From the NCBI GenBank assembly GCA_035317085.1, contig DATHHS010000216.1, positions 4,963 through 68,962 on the forward strand: DNA of 64,000 nucleotides. Direction: 5' to 3'. Position 1 is the first letter of the stretch; every line of letters starts with the position of its first letter. Source of the stretch: Burkholderiales bacterium (lineage in GTDB: Bacteria; Pseudomonadota; Gammaproteobacteria; Burkholderiales; SG8-39). The translations under genes were made by a program, and so were the position numbers. The notes below the pieces were generated by a model. The model saw only the letters and a program-made list of their open reading frames with translations. It had not been told where the DNA came from and ran no database searches. Of the stretch, positions 48,256 through 57,453 are shown in pieces.

Positions 48256-48423
48256 TTAAGAAATGGAGGGCGTCCGGCGCGTTGGAACGCTTCGCCCAGG
48301 CTGAATGCTTTCCTCTGGCGAGTTGCCTCCTAGTCGGCCTCGCCATCCGCCTAACTCGTTTATCTTGCGTTAAAATCTGTCAATTCCTAGACAATTTCCT
48401 GCATCTGCGTCAAACTCCTGACC

Positions 48424-48900
48424 ATGTCACTGGCAAAACGTGCCTCGGATACACACCCGCGGAAATCAAGAAAGATTCTTCTCATTCATGGTCCCAACCT
48501 CGACATGTTGGGTACTCGCGAACCAGAAATCTACGGCACGGAGAATCTAGCGGCCGTTAACAAGCGCCTAAGCTCCCTGGCAAGACGCGCCGGAGTGACC
48601 CTGGAGGTCTTTCAGAGCAACCACGAAGGGGCGCTGATCGAGCGGGTCCATGGCGCAAAAAAGCAGGGAATTGCCTGGATTGTCGTCAACCCCGGGGGAC
48701 TGACCCATACGAGCGTGGCGCTGCGCGATGCCTTTGCCGCAGTAGCCATACCCTTTGTCGAGGTACATCTCTCGAACATCTACGCACGGGAGTCGTTCCG
48801 GCATCACTCGTACTTTTCAGATCTCGCGGTCGGGACGATCTGTGGATTGGGTAGTCGCGGTTACGACTTCGCGCTGCAGTTCGCGATAGGGGAGAACTGA
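48424..48900 (+). CDS. aroQ: Type II 3-dehydroquinate dehydratase
   Basis: ILLIHGPNLDMLGTREPEIYG...FQSNHEGALIE...VVNPGGLTHTSVALRDA...VEVHLSNIYARE. Confidence 0.92.
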   Translation: MSLAKRASDTHPRKSRKILLIHGPNLDMLGTREPEIYGTENLAAVNKRLSSLARRAGVTLEVFQSNHEGALIERVHGAKKQGIAWIVVNPGGLTHTSVALRDAFAAVAIPFVEVHLSNIYARESFRHHSYFSDLAVGTICGLGSRGYDFALQFAIGEN

Positions 48901-49026
48901 GCGCCGTCCCCGGTCGGATCTGACAGTTCGAATGGAGCTGGAAAGACGTAGGTTCTCCGGGATTTATTCGAGTTTTTTTGGCCGAAACCCCGTGGGTCCT
49001 GACGAGTGCGAACGGAAGGAGGCAGC

Positions 49027-49500
49027 TTGGATCTGCGTAAATTAAAAAAACTGATCGACCTCGTCGAGGAATCAGGTATCGCGGAACTCGAAGTGACCGA
49101 AGGCGAGGAGAAGGTGAAGATCGTCAAGGGGGCCTCAGGCGGTCGGGAATTTGTAGTCCTTCCACCTGCAGCAAGCGGCGGCCCGTCTCATGCCCCGGCG
49201 GCGGCTCCTGCCGTAGCGGCAACGGTGACCTCCCCTCAGGCAGAGCAAACACCGACATCGCTTGAGGGCCATCTCGTGAAGTCGCCGATGGTCGGGACGT
49301 TCTATCGGTCAGGCTCTCCCGGCGCGAAGCCCTTCGTCGAGGTCGGAGACACCGTCAAGGCCGGACAGGCAATTTGCATTATCGAAGCGATGAAACTGAT
49401 GAACGAAATCGAGGCAGACAAGGACGGCGTAGTCAAGGCCATCATGGTCGAGAATGGTCAGCCGGTCGAGTACGGCGAACCCCTGATGATGATCGGCTAG
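49027..49500 (+). CDS. accB: Acetyl-CoA carboxylase biotin carboxyl carrier protein
   Basis: (TTG)[22 protein letters not shown]... with a biotinyl motif [21 protein letters not shown] 49027 is preceded by GGAAGGAGG. The track start is GTG 49006. Confidence 0.9.
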   Translation: MDLRKLKKLIDLVEESGIAELEVTEGEEKVKIVKGASGGREFVVLPPAASGGPSHAPAAAPAVAATVTSPQAEQTPTSLEGHLVKSPMVGTFYRSGSPGAKPFVEVGDTVKAGQAICIIEAMKLMNEIEADKDGVVKAIMVENGQPVEYGEPLMMIG

Positions 49501-49506
49501 CAGCGC

Positions 49507-50871
49507 GTGTTCGAGAAGATACTGATCGCCAACCGAGGTGAGATTGCCCTACGCATCCAGCGCGCCTGTCGCGAGATGGGCATCAAGACCGTGGTCGTGC
49601 ATTCCGAAGCGGACAGCGAAGCAAAGTATGTAAAACTCGCCGACGAGTCGGTGTGCATCGGACCGGCCCCGTCCAGCGCGAGCTATCTCAACATCCCGGC
49701 CATCATCAGTGCGGCGGAAGTCACCGACGCCGAGGCGATTCATCCGGGCTACGGATTCTTGTCGGAGAATCCGGACTTTGCCGAGCGCGTAGACAAGAGT
49801 GGATTCGTCTTTATCGGCCCCCAGGCAGAAACCATCCGCATGATGGGTGACAAGGTCAACGCCAAACAGGTCATGACCAACGCCGGCGTGCCCTGCGTCC
49901 CCGGTTCGGAAGGGCCCTTGCCCGATGCTCCCGAGGAGATCCTGAAGATAGCGCGGAAGATCGGCTATCCGGTTATCGTGAAAGCGGCAGGCGGAGGCGG
50001 TGGGCGCGGCATGCGTGTGGTACATACGGAGGCGGCGCTCAAAAGCGCAATAAGCGTGACACGAGGCGAGGCCGAAGCCGCATTCGGCAACCCCACCGTG
50101 TACCTGGAAAAATATCTAGAGAACCCGCGCCACATCGAAGTCCAGGTGCTCGCCGACGGACACAAGAATGCAATTTACCTCGGCGAGCGAGATTGCTCCA
50201 TGCAGCGGCGTCACCAGAAGATCATGGAGGAATCTCTAGCTCCGGAAATTACGCCAAAGCTGCGCGCACGCGTTGGCGAGCGTTGCATGGAGGCCTGTCG
50301 AAAGATTCGCTACCGCGGGGCCGGCACTTTCGAATTTCTTTACGAGGAAGGCGAGTTTTTCTTCATCGAGATGAATACCCGCATCCAGGTCGAGCATCCG
50401 GTTACCGAGATGATCACCGGTGTCGACATCGTGCAGGAACAAATCCGCGTCGCTGCCGGAGAACGACTATCGGTCCGGCAAAAGGATATCGAATTCCGCG
50501 GTCACGCCATCGAGTGCCGCATCAACGCGGAAGACCCGTTCCGCTTCACGCCGTCACCGGGGCGCATAACCTCCTATCACCCTCCGGGGGGACCGGGCAT
50601 CCGGGTTGACACGCACATCTACCAAGGCTACGTCGTACCACCCAACTACGACTCGCTGATCGGCAAAGTGATTGCCTATGGAGCGAGCCGCGATCAGGCG
50701 ATCCGCCGCATGCGTATCGCGCTTTCGGAGATGGTAATCGAGGGTATCCAGACCAACATACCGCTTCACCAGGAACTCCTGCTCGACAGTCGAGTTCTCA
50801 GGGGAGGAGTAAACATTCACTACCTCGAACAGAAACTCGCTCAGCACAAGAAGCACGGCGCTGCAAAGTAG
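49507..50871 (+). CDS. accC: Acetyl-CoA carboxylase biotin carboxylase subunit
   Basis: [28 protein letters not shown]...[20 protein letters not shown]...[14 protein letters not shown]. 454 aa. Confidence 0.95.
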   Translation: MFEKILIANRGEIALRIQRACREMGIKTVVVHSEADSEAKYVKLADESVCIGPAPSSASYLNIPAIISAAEVTDAEAIHPGYGFLSENPDFAERVDKSGFVFIGPQAETIRMMGDKVNAKQVMTNAGVPCVPGSEGPLPDAPEEILKIARKIGYPVIVKAAGGGGGRGMRVVHTEAALKSAISVTRGEAEAAFGNPTVYLEKYLENPRHIEVQVLADGHKNAIYLGERDCSMQRRHQKIMEESLAPEITPKLRARVGERCMEACRKIRYRGAGTFEFLYEEGEFFFIEMNTRIQVEHPVTEMITGVDIVQEQIRVAAGERLSVRQKDIEFRGHAIECRINAEDPFRFTPSPGRITSYHPPGGPGIRVDTHIYQGYVVPPNYDSLIGKVIAYGASRDQAIRRMRIALSEMVIEGIQTNIPLHQELLLDSRVLRGGVNIHYLEQKLAQHKKHGAAK

Positions 50872-50883
50872 GGGGCCGAACGC

Positions 50884-51765
50884 GTGACCTTGGCGGCGCT
50901 GGTCCTGGACCTGCGGGCGGAGGAGGTCGATCGCCTTTCCGATGCGCTGCTTGAAGCGGGGGCCTTGTCGGTAATGTACGAGGACGCCCAGGCAGGCACC
51001 GAAGTAGAGGTGCCGCATTTCGATGCGTTCGGTGAATCCGCCCCGTGGCCGCGGGTGACTCTGACCGCGCTGTGCAAAGGCCGAAACGATCCGGAACAAC
51101 TGCTCATTTGCGCATGCGGCGCGGCCGGTATCGCGGTCCCGCCTCACCAGGTGCGAAACGTTCCGGACGAGGATTGGGTGGCGAAATCGAAGGAGCAGTT
51201 TGGACCCATCCGGGTGTCGGCGCGCCTGTGGGTTGTCCCCACCTGGCACGCGCCGCCCGAACCCGAAGCGATCAACCTTGTGCTGGATCCCGGCCTTGCT
51301 TTCGGTACCGGCAGCCATCCGAGCACGCGATTGTGCCTGCAGTGGCTAGAGCGCACGGTCGCAGGGGGTGAAACCGTTCTCGACTACGGCTGTGGTTCCG
51401 GTATATTGGCAATCGCTGCGATGAAGTTAGGCGCGCGCCGCGCTGTTGGCGTAGACATCGATCCCGACGCCTTGGCGGTGGCCCGAGCCAACGCCCGGCG
51501 GAACGGTGTTGTGGTCGAATTCCTCGGCGGCCGCACGCCGCTTGCGTTCACCGCAGATATCGTGGTCGCCAATATCCTTGCCAATCCACTGATGCTGCTC
51601 GCTCCGGTACTCGCATCGCAATGCGCTCATGGGGGGCGGATCGCGCTTTCTGGAATCCTCTCGGGCCAGACACTCGAAGTCGAGAAGAGTTACGCGCCGT
51701 GGATCGCGTTCGAGCCACCCACAGAGGCAGATGGCTGGGTATGCCTTTCAGGAGTGCGGCCGTGA
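50884..51765 (+). CDS. prmA: Ribosomal protein L11 methyltransferase
   Basis: LDPGLAFGTGSHPSTRLCLQWLE...VLDYGCGSGILAIAAMKLGA...GVDIDPDAL...NILANPL. Confidence 0.9.
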   Translation: MTLAALVLDLRAEEVDRLSDALLEAGALSVMYEDAQAGTEVEVPHFDAFGESAPWPRVTLTALCKGRNDPEQLLICACGAAGIAVPPHQVRNVPDEDWVAKSKEQFGPIRVSARLWVVPTWHAPPEPEAINLVLDPGLAFGTGSHPSTRLCLQWLERTVAGGETVLDYGCGSGILAIAAMKLGARRAVGVDIDPDALAVARANARRNGVVVEFLGGRTPLAFTADIVVANILANPLMLLAPVLASQCAHGGRIALSGILSGQTLEVEKSYAPWIAFEPPTEADGWVCLSGVRP

Positions 51766-51767
51766 GC

Positions 51768-52493
51768 ATGATTACGCGTTGCCCGGATTGCGCAACGGCG
51801 TTTCGCGTTACTGAACCGCAGCTTCGGGCCAGAGCGGGGCAAGTCCGCTGCGGACGTTGCGGCGCCATGTTCGATGCGCGAGTCGCGTTGAGTCCGGACG
51901 TAGCCAGCCACCCGGCCCCGGAGAATGCCGGATCGCGTCCGACCTCAACCGACATCGCGCTCGGGCTCGACACCGTAAGGGATCTGTCGTTCGACTTCGG
52001 GCCGCACTCCCGGGAACGTCCGAGTCGATTCTGGTGGCTTGCAAGCGTGTTTCTGTTGATCGTGCTTGCGGCACAAGGCGCTTATCGTTACCGGGGTGAG
52101 ATCGCGGTGCTCCTTCCGGAAGCAAAGCCTTTTCTCCAACGCTTGTGCGTCGAAATTGGATGCGAAGTGCCGCTGCCGCGTCGTGCGGAACTGCTCAGCA
52201 TCGAGTCGTCGGATCTGCAAGCAGACGGTACTCATCCGAGCGTGATGGTATTGACTGCAACGCTCAGGAACCGCGCCGGTTTCGTCCAGGCGTTTCCCGC
52301 ATTGGAGCTCAGCCTCACCAGCGCTCAAGGCCAAACCGTGGCCCGACGCATATTGACGCCGAGAGAATACTCGCCGCAGGGCGCTCCGCCGGAGCCCGGC
52401 CTGGCGGCGGGAAGCGAACTGCAGGTCCGGGTCTACATCGAAGCCGCGGCGCTCAAGCCGACCGGATACCGGCTCTATTTATTCTATTTGTAG
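51768..52493 (+). CDS. Zinc-ribbon (MJ0042-type) / DUF3426 domain protein
   Basis: MITRCPDCATAFRVTEPQLRARAGQVRCGRCGAMFDA (CxxC...CxxC), one TM helix, then a C-terminal DUF3426-like beta region. ATG 51768 lies 2 nt after the prmA stop. Confidence 0.75.
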   Translation: MITRCPDCATAFRVTEPQLRARAGQVRCGRCGAMFDARVALSPDVASHPAPENAGSRPTSTDIALGLDTVRDLSFDFGPHSRERPSRFWWLASVFLLIVLAAQGAYRYRGEIAVLLPEAKPFLQRLCVEIGCEVPLPRRAELLSIESSDLQADGTHPSVMVLTATLRNRAGFVQAFPALELSLTSAQGQTVARRILTPREYSPQGAPPEPGLAAGSELQVRVYIEAAALKPTGYRLYLFYL

Positions 52494-52499
52494 GAATCC

Positions 52500-53432
52500 A
52501 TGTCCACTTTGATCTGCGGATCGATCGCATACGACAACATCATGGTGTTTCGCGGCCGTTTTCGAGAGCACATCCTGCCCGAACAGATTCACATCCTGAA
52601 TGTAGCGTTCCTCGTACCCGAACTCCGGCGCGAATTCGGAGGCTGTGCCGGCAATATCGCTTACAACTTGAAGCTCCTGGGCTCCGATCCGCTGATCATG
52701 GCGACGGTCGGCGGCGATTCTCAGTCGTATATCGAACGGCTCGGTCGACTCGGACTCAAGCTGGATCACGTGCGCCAGGTCCCCGACACCCTCACTGCAC
52801 AGGCGTTCATTACGACCGATCTCGACGACAATCAGATCACGGCCTTTCATCCTGGGGCGATGAACTCCTCGCATCTGAACAATATTGGGGCGGAACTGGG
52901 CGTGCGTCTCGCGATCGTCGCGCCCGACGGGCGCGAAGGCATGCTGCAGCACGCGCGCGAACTCGCCGAGCTCGGCGTGCCGTTCGTGTTCGACCCGGGC
53001 CAGGGGCTGCCGATGTTCTCCGGCGACGAATTGCTCGCCTTCGTCGAACAGGCCACCTACGTTGCCGTAAACGACTACGAAGGCCGACTTCTCGAGGAGC
53101 GCACCGGCCGGACGCTCGAGGAAATCGCGCAAAAGCTCAAGGCGCTCGTTCTCACACGAGGCGCGGAGGGATCCGTCATTTACGCAAACGGCCAAAAGAT
53201 CGACATCCCTTGCGTCAAGGCAGCCGAGTTGGTGGACCCTACCGGATGCGGTGACGCGTATCGCGCCGGTCTCCTTTACGGGATCGTGGCGGGCTTCGAC
53301 TGGACAAAGACCGGCCGGCTCGCGTCACTCATGGGCGCAATCAAGATTGCGTCGCGCGGCGGACAGAATCACTCGGTGAGCCGCGATGAGATCGGGCGCC
53401 TGTTCCGTCGAAATTTTGGGTCCGACCTCTAA
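52500..53432 (+). CDS. PfkB-family carbohydrate/nucleoside kinase
   Basis: GGCAGNIAYNLKLLG near the N-terminus and DPTGCGDAYRAGLLYG near the C-terminus (PfkB signatures 1 and 2). Confidence 0.85.
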   Translation: MSTLICGSIAYDNIMVFRGRFREHILPEQIHILNVAFLVPELRREFGGCAGNIAYNLKLLGSDPLIMATVGGDSQSYIERLGRLGLKLDHVRQVPDTLTAQAFITTDLDDNQITAFHPGAMNSSHLNNIGAELGVRLAIVAPDGREGMLQHARELAELGVPFVFDPGQGLPMFSGDELLAFVEQATYVAVNDYEGRLLEERTGRTLEEIAQKLKALVLTRGAEGSVIYANGQKIDIPCVKAAELVDPTGCGDAYRAGLLYGIVAGFDWTKTGRLASLMGAIKIASRGGQNHSVSRDEIGRLFRRNFGSDL

Positions 53433-53474
53433 GGAGAACGCATTTCGCCTGGCCCCGAGGAGGGCGCCGCACCG

Positions 53475-54293
53475 ATGGTGGCCAACCGCACTCCGATTCC
53501 GCTGCGCCTGTTTCGTTTGGCGAGGCTCACGCTCCATTTGATCCGCGGGCTTGGCATCGCGTGGCTGCTCTACCCGAAACTTTCCTATGCCGAGCAGCAG
53601 GCGCAAAAGTGCCGCTGGTCCGGAGCGCTGCTCTCCATTCTGTCCGTGTCAGTGCGAGAGCAAAACGCACCTGGAAAACTCCCCGATCGCTGCATGCTCG
53701 TGCTCAATCACATCTCCTGGCTCGACATCTTCGTGATCGACGCGCGTTTCCCCGCGACCTTCATCGCAAAATCTGAAATCCGCAACTGGCCAATCGTGGG
53801 GTGGCTGTGCACACTGGTAGGCACCCTGTACATCGAGCGCGGCAAGCGCTCAGCGGCGCGTCACGCCCGCCAGGCCATCGCCACTGAACTGGAGCGCGGC
53901 ATCCTGATTGCGATCTGCCCGGAAGGGATTACGACCTTTGGGCGGAGCCTTGAGCGATTCCACTCGGCGCTGTTCCAGCCGGCCCTGGACGCCTCGGCTA
54001 CGCTGCAGCCGGTAGCGCTTCGCTATCTCGACAGCTCTGGCGAGCACACCGATGCCGCCGGTTATGTCGGCGAAACCTCGCTGCTCGAATCGGTCTGGTC
54101 CATCGTCTCGACACGCCACATGATCGCGGAACTCAATCTTCTCGCACCGATTTCAGTGCGCGAGCAGACACGTCGCTCGCTTGCAGAAAAGGCCGAGGTG
54201 GCTATTGCCGCGGCCTTGGGCGTGCCCGCTCCGCGGACCGGGCATTCCCCGCGCAAGGGACGCGATACAGGCGCCGGTCTTCCAGACGAATAG
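53475..54293 (+). CDS. Lysophospholipid (1-acyl-sn-glycerol-3-phosphate) acyltransferase family protein
   Basis: LVLNHISWLDIFV (H-x4-D), FIAKSEI and ICPEGITT blocks of the PlsC family. The C-terminal 30 aa overlap convergent apaH. Confidence 0.8.
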   Translation: MVANRTPIPLRLFRLARLTLHLIRGLGIAWLLYPKLSYAEQQAQKCRWSGALLSILSVSVREQNAPGKLPDRCMLVLNHISWLDIFVIDARFPATFIAKSEIRNWPIVGWLCTLVGTLYIERGKRSAARHARQAIATELERGILIAICPEGITTFGRSLERFHSALFQPALDASATLQPVALRYLDSSGEHTDAAGYVGETSLLESVWSIVSTRHMIAELNLLAPISVREQTRRSLAEKAEVAIAAALGVPAPRTGHSPRKGRDTGAGLPDE

Positions 54294-55047
54294 CGCTGAG
54301 CTCTCCGCCCCAGATGCAACCCGAGTCGAGAGCGAACAAATTGGGCCGGATGTGCAGGCCGAGCGCAGACCAATGGCCGCATATCACGGTGCATCCGGCG
54401 CTTTTCCTGCCCGGTACGTCGAACCACGGCCGATACCCGGGAGGCGCCTTGGCCGTCTCGCCCTTGGTGTCGAACTCCATGACGCCCTCGGAAGTGCAGA
54501 AGCGCAGGCGGGTCATGGCGTTGACGATTACGCGCAACCGGTCGACCCCGCGCAACCGGTCGTCCCAGCGGTCCGGGCGCGAGCCGTAGAGCTGCGAGAG
54601 AAATTCCCCGTACCGGGGTCCGCGCAGCTCGGCCTCGACCTCTTCGGCAAGTGTTTTCGCCGTCGCAACCTCCCATTGCGGGAGGAGTCCTGCGTGGACG
54701 AGTGCGTAGTGCGTTTCGACGTGAATCAACGGTCGATGCCGCAGCCAGTCGAGCAGGCCATCGCGATCGGGCGCAGCAAGCACTTCTTCAAGCGTGTCGT
54801 CCTCGCGGAGCTTGGCGTGGCCCTGAGCGACCGCGAGCAGGTGCAAATCGTGGTTGCCGAGCACCACGAGCGCGCGATCGCCCAGATCGCGCACGAACCG
54901 CAGAGTGGCTAGCGAAGCCGGCCCGCGGTTAACGAGGTCCCCGACGAACCACAAGCGATCTTTTGCGCGATCGAATTCAAACGCGCCGAGCAAGGCCTGC
55001 AGCTCGTCGAAACTACCCTGAACGTCGCCAATTGCGTAGGTCGCCAT
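54202..55047 (-). CDS. apaH: Bis(5'-nucleosyl)-tetraphosphatase (symmetrical)
   Basis: MATYAIGDVQGSFDELQALL...LWFVGDLVNRGPASL...VLGNHDLHLL...HAG...GHW, the metallophosphatase motifs of ApaH. Confidence 0.9.
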   Translation of the reverse strand: MATYAIGDVQGSFDELQALLGAFEFDRAKDRLWFVGDLVNRGPASLATLRFVRDLGDRALVVLGNHDLHLLAVAQGHAKLREDDTLEEVLAAPDRDGLLDWLRHRPLIHVETHYALVHAGLLPQWEVATAKTLAEEVEAELRGPRYGEFLSQLYGSRPDRWDDRLRGVDRLRVIVNAMTRLRFCTSEGVMEFDTKGETAKAPPGYRPWFDVPGRKSAGCTVICGHWSALGLHIRPNLFALDSGCIWGGELSAIRLEDRRLYRVPCAGNARSAERARPRPRQ

Positions 55048-55228
55048 AGCGTTGGGTGCCCGGGAGCTCGTTCTCTATATCTGCTCAATAGCCGCTTGAG
55101 CTTCGGGATGGCCGAAAGGTGCGAAACGGCACCCTAAGCGCGGTATCGCAAAGAACAGCGTGCATCCGCAGGTTTCCTGCAATGTAATAAAATGCAAAGG
55201 CCCCGTCATTTGCTGAACCAGGCTTGCC

Positions 55229-55465
55229 ATGGCCGCGAAAATATCGGATTCGATCAAGCGCAACCTGAAGCGGTTGCGAAAAGCGCTCGACTCGGAGCCG
55301 AGCAAGTCCTCCACGCCAAAGGAGGGCGCCCGCGAGCAACGGCCTCCGCCGTCCAAAGCGGATCGCCCCGCCGCCCCGGAAAGCGCCCCGGAAACTGCGG
55401 AGGCAACCTCGGAAAAGAAAAAGACCCCGGCCAAACCCTGGTATCACCATCGCCAGCGGTGGTAG
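55229..55465 (+). CDS. Hypothetical small basic, low-complexity protein
   Basis: 78 aa, K/R/P/S/E-rich, ending in KPWYHHRQRW. Third-position GC is high, like the neighbouring genes. No recognisable domain and no clear RBS. Confidence 0.35.
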   Translation: MAAKISDSIKRNLKRLRKALDSEPSKSSTPKEGAREQRPPPSKADRPAAPESAPETAEATSEKKKTPAKPWYHHRQRW

Positions 55466-55514
55466 CGGCTGCCATCGCACCATGATGGAACGCCGGGCTC
55501 CGGCCCGGCACCCG

Positions 55515-56189
55515 TCACACGGTCTCGAAAGGCTTGTCCTTCAGCGAGGCGGCGAATCCGTAGAAGACTTCGTGCACCTTGCCCCAATTCTTCAGTTCCT
55601 TCATCCGGCCCAGCCAACGGCCCACGTTCGGATATTCGGAGTAGTTGCTGCGCAGAATCTCGCCGAGTGCGACGAATGGACCTCCGAAATAGTCCGCGAC
55701 GGAAATATGCTCTCCGCAGAGGTATTTCTTCTTCGATCCTAGCAGGCTGTCATTGAGCACCTTCATCCATCCCTGGGTCTTTTCCTTGCTCCAGGCGATC
55801 GTGGCCGCGTGCGCTTCGTCGCTGCGCCGTTTATGGTTGGGGAAGATCTGAGGGTAGACGAGCCCGTAAGCGAACTCGCGGCAAATCTGGGTATTGATCC
55901 AGTCCATCATTTCGTTGACCTTGGCCCGCGCACGCAACTCTTTCGGATAGGCGGGCGAGCCGGTCTTTTCGGCGAGGTACTTGAGAATCGACGAACTCTC
56001 CGTCAGGCGGAAATCGCCATCCTCCAGCATCGGCACCATGCGGTTGGGATTCATCGCCACGTACTCCGGTTGATAGTGCTCGCCTTTCATCAGGTCGACG
56101 ACTTTCAGCTCGCAATCTATGCTGTTTTCCGCGATGAACAGCATCACAGGGCGGCTGGTCGTGGATACGGGGTGGTAGTAGAGTTTCAT
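55515..56189 (-). CDS. Glutathione S-transferase
   Basis: MKLYYHPVSTTSRPVMLFIAE...NPNRMVPMLEDGDFRLTESSSILKYLAEK (GST N-domain with the ES motif). ATG 56189 is preceded by AAGGAG. Confidence 0.88.
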   Translation of the reverse strand: MKLYYHPVSTTSRPVMLFIAENSIDCELKVVDLMKGEHYQPEYVAMNPNRMVPMLEDGDFRLTESSSILKYLAEKTGSPAYPKELRARAKVNEMMDWINTQICREFAYGLVYPQIFPNHKRRSDEAHAATIAWSKEKTQGWMKVLNDSLLGSKKKYLCGEHISVADYFGGPFVALGEILRSNYSEYPNVGRWLGRMKELKNWGKVHEVFYGFAASLKDKPFETV

Positions 56190-56288
56190 GGAAGCTCCTT
56201 CGCAGGTGAGTGATTTTTCTCGGCAACCTATAATCATACCCAAGCTCGCGCGCACAGTGGCATCCGCCTGGCGAGGAAGGGAGAAATC

Positions 56289-56843
56289 TTGTCCGGTAAG
56301 ACATCGAAAGCGCAGTCAGCCACGGTGATCGACTGGCCTGCCGCGATTCACCGCGCGCTCAAATTGCAGCGCGTGCGGCAAGTCTCCTATGTACCCGATG
56401 CGGGTCACAAGCGCCTGATCGAACTGTGCCACGCGGACAAGGACATGGCGGTCGTCCCGCTCACGACCGAGGAGGAGGGCATCGGCCTGGCGGCCGGCGC
56501 CTGGCTGGGCGGCGAGCGCGCGGCGCTCCTCATGCAGTCGAGCGGCGTCGGCAACTGCGTCAACGCGCTGACCCTTGCATCGAACTGCGGCTTTCCGTTG
56601 CTGATTGTCGTGACGATGCGCGGCGAGTGGGGCGAGTTCAATCCGTGGCAGATTCCGATGGGACAGGCGACGGCGGATGTCCTGCGGTTGGGCGGGGTAC
56701 GCACACTGCGGCTCGAGCGCGCGGAAGACGCTCTTGCCACCGTGACCGCCGCCGCAAAACTCGCCTTCGACGGCTACGGCGCAGTGGCCGTGCTGATCGG
56801 CCAGCGCATGATCGGCACGAAATCCTTCGAGGACAAACCATGA
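56289..56843 (+). CDS. ThDP-dependent decarboxylase, alpha (PYR-domain) subunit of the sulfopyruvate/phosphonopyruvate decarboxylase type
   Basis: VSYVPDAGHKRLIELC...VPLTTEEEGIGLAAGAWLGGERAALLMQSSGVGNCVNAL..., about 184 aa. TTG start with a GGAAGGGAG RBS. Confidence 0.75.
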   Translation: MSGKTSKAQSATVIDWPAAIHRALKLQRVRQVSYVPDAGHKRLIELCHADKDMAVVPLTTEEEGIGLAAGAWLGGERAALLMQSSGVGNCVNALTLASNCGFPLLIVVTMRGEWGEFNPWQIPMGQATADVLRLGGVRTLRLERAEDALATVTAAAKLAFDGYGAVAVLIGQRMIGTKSFEDKP

Positions 56844-57433
56844 GCGCCCCGCAGCTCGATCGGCGCAAAATCGTCGCCGCGCTGCTCGATCGGCGCGGGG
56901 AGCTTCTGGTCGTCGCCGGACTGGGGTCGGCCGCGTGGGACTGCACCGCGGCGGGCGATCATCCGCTCACGTTCCCGCTTTGGGGCGCGATGGGCTCGGC
57001 GTGCATGATGGGACTGGGGCTCGCACTCGCCCAGCCCGGGCGGCGCGTTCTCGTCGTGACCGGGGACGGCGAGATGCTGATGGGCCTGGGAAGCCTCGCC
57101 ACCATCGGCTCGCACGGTCCGCGCAATCTTGCCGTCGTGGTCCTCGACAATGAGCGTTACGGCGAGACCGGCATGCAAAAAACGCACACAGCTCACGGGG
57201 TCGACCTTGCCGCGGTCGCCCGGGCATGCGGGTTCGCCGACGCGCGCATCGTTCGAAGCAACTCCGAGATTGCGCCGTTGCGGGCGGCGGTGCATCGGGG
57301 CAGGGGCCCGCTCTTCTATCAGGTGAAGGTACGGCCCAAGACTTTGCCGCTCGTTCTGCCGCCTCGAGACGGCGCTTATCTCAAGCACCGTTTCCGCGAG
57401 GCCCTGCTCGGCAAGAAGGCCGCAACGGATTGA
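56840..57433 (+). CDS. ThDP-dependent decarboxylase, beta (PP-domain) subunit
   Basis: GAMGSACMMGLGLALAQPGRRVLVVTGDGEMLMGLGSLATIG...VVLDNERYGETG is the ThDP-binding GDG-x(24-27)-N motif. ATGA overlap with the alpha subunit. Confidence 0.75.
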   Translation: MSAPQLDRRKIVAALLDRRGELLVVAGLGSAAWDCTAAGDHPLTFPLWGAMGSACMMGLGLALAQPGRRVLVVTGDGEMLMGLGSLATIGSHGPRNLAVVVLDNERYGETGMQKTHTAHGVDLAAVARACGFADARIVRSNSEIAPLRAAVHRGRGPLFYQVKVRPKTLPLVLPPRDGAYLKHRFREALLGKKAATD

Positions 57434-57453
57434 CGCGGGCGCAGGCCCCGCAA

